Assembly: GCA_963804995.1 (NCBI GenBank)
Contig: CAWDSK010000002.1
Location: 448,001 to 512,000, forward strand
DNA: 64,000 nucleotides
Origin: an uncultured Acidobacteriota bacterium
Lineage (GTDB): Bacteria; Acidobacteriota; Terriglobia; UBA7540
Direction of reading: 5' to 3'
The position numbers were made by a program, and so were the translations under genes. Position 1 is the first letter of the stretch; every line of letters begins with the position of its first letter. The notes under the pieces are model-generated. The model was not told where the DNA came from. It saw nothing but the letters and a program-made list of their open reading frames with translations, and searched no databases. Shown here piece by piece: positions 62,715 to 64,000 of the stretch.

Positions 62715-64000
62715 TTAGACATGGGTCTTTTGTGGAAAAGCCATCTCCTCCACAAAGATTTCTTGAAAACTTGCGTCCGCGTTGAGCGGCACATGCTCGA
62801 TCCTGGCACGGAGCTGGGCGTAGGAACCGTCCTCCCCATCGGGACTGAAGAGCGCCAGCTTCGCCCCCAGCAGCGCCGTGTTCCCGGCCGCCTCAACTTT
62901 TCGAGAGGGGATGCCGAGTAGCCCGATGCGCTCCGCGCTCGTGCGGTTGATATAATTACCGAAAGCGCCCGCGAGATAAAGCTTTTTGACATCGCCCGGT
63001 GAAGCGCCCAGCTGATCGAGCAGCATTCGGATGCCGGCGGCAATGGCTCCCTTAGCGAGTTGCAACTCGCGGATGTCCGCCTGGGTCAACGTCACCGGAG
63101 GGGACAATTCCCACGCCCCCGTGCCATTTTGAAATCGTCCGGAAGGCTGGATTCTGCCCAAATCGAGTCCCACCGCAACGGCATCCACCAGCCCGCTTCC
63201 GCACAATCCCTGAGGCGGGACGTTGCCCAGAACTCGGCAGTATAATTCATCCCCTTTCACTTTCACCTCTGAGATGGCGCCGGTCGAAGCGCGCATGCCC
63301 ATCGAAATCCGCGCGCCTTCAAAGGCCGGCCCGGCAGCCGTTGAAGCACACAGCAAGCGCTCCCGATTCCCGATCACAATTTCACCATTCGTGCCCAAGT
63401 CGACCAGTGCATTCAGATCCGCACGCTCAGCAAGGTTCGTGGCCAGGATGCCGGCCAGGATATCGCTGCCCACAAACCCGCCCAGGCAAGGGAGAAAGCG
63501 CACGCGCGCGCTGCCAGGGAACCCCAATTCGCTGGCGGTCAGAGTCTGGAGTCCCAGGTGCTCCGACTCGAAAGGGTAGCGCGAAAGCGGTTCCACATCC
63601 AGCCCGCAAAACAGGTGGTGCATTACCGTGTTGCCCACCAGGGTGACATCATGAATCTCAGTGCTCGGCACCTGCGCGGCAACTACCAGTTGCTTGATCA
63701 AGCTGCCGATTTCGAGACGAATGATGTCGCAAAGTTCCTCCAGCCCGCCTTCCGCCACCGCGAAGCGGACACGGCTCATGACATCAGCGCCGAACCGCGC
63801 CTGGGCGTTGAGCGCAGTGCGCACGGCCAGCACGCGCCCGGTCGTGAGATCGAGCAACTGGGTGACCAGCGTGGTCGTCCCCACGTCCACGGCCACGCCG
63901 AAGCCGGGCCGCGGATGGAAGGAAAAGGGAGTCTCGTCCACCAGGATGGCGGCGTCCCACTGGCGCAGCTCGATGACCAGATCATCCTCAAGCGTGCACT
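62715..64000 (-). CDS. ASKHA-fold reductive activator of corrinoid proteins (RACE/RamA-like, DUF4445), 5' end outside the window
   Basis: DVGTTT, GADVMSR, GFVGSD, DLGTNGE, AAGPAFEG, QLAKGAI, AGAFG. Confidence 0.9.
   Translation of the reverse strand, partial: CTLEDDLVIELRQWDAAILVDETPFSFHPRPGFGVAVDVGTTTLVTQLLDLTTGRVLAVRTALNAQARFGADVMSRVRFAVAEGGLEELCDIIRLEIGSLIKQLVVAAQVPSTEIHDVTLVGNTVMHHLFCGLDVEPLSRYPFESEHLGLQTLTASELGFPGSARVRFLPCLGGFVGSDILAGILATNLAERADLNALVDLGTNGEIVIGNRERLLCASTAAGPAFEGARISMGMRASTGAISEVKVKGDELYCRVLGNVPPQGLCGSGLVDAVAVGLDLGRIQPSGRFQNGTGAWELSPPVTLTQADIRELQLAKGAIAAGIRMLLDQLGASPGDVKKLYLAGAFGNYINRTSAERIGLLGIPSRKVEAAGNTALLGAKLALFSPDGEDGSYAQLRARIEHVPLNADASFQEIFVEEMAFPQKTHV

Overview
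GC-rich bacterial chromosomal window. Acidobacteriota (Terriglobia-like) is inferred from the acidobacterial-type VWA, YXWGXW and TPR/carboxypeptidase-domain proteins. The backbone carries msrPQ, greA, MFS, GNAT, pirin, a KirBac channel, hemA, rpmE, thyX, rhomboid-TPR and FmdE. There are two metabolic clusters: a hemA-linked multiheme cytochrome c / Rieske / cytochrome b cluster (31.2-38.3 kb) and a corrinoid methyltransferase cluster (59.2-64 kb, cut by the window edge). Accessory DNA includes a complete ISKra4-family element with TIRs and a 9-bp TSD, a RAYT transposase flanked by inverted REP hairpins, and many GTAG-type REP/MITE families, one of them inserted in frame in a TPR gene. An ~11-kb island bounded by direct repeats holds Fic plus an RloC-like ATPase / YhaO / YhaN cassette sitting between dndC and cysteine desulfurase (dndA/iscS) remnants. 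Also present are an orphan attC-like site, TA modules, and a recurring AT-rich phased triple-repeat element tied to an uncharacterised protein. Six otherwise intact genes are frameshifted: three at homopolymers and three at CTCGAAG, which suggests long-read basecalling error, possibly at a modified motif. All calls come from reading the sequence and ORF track; no database searches were run.
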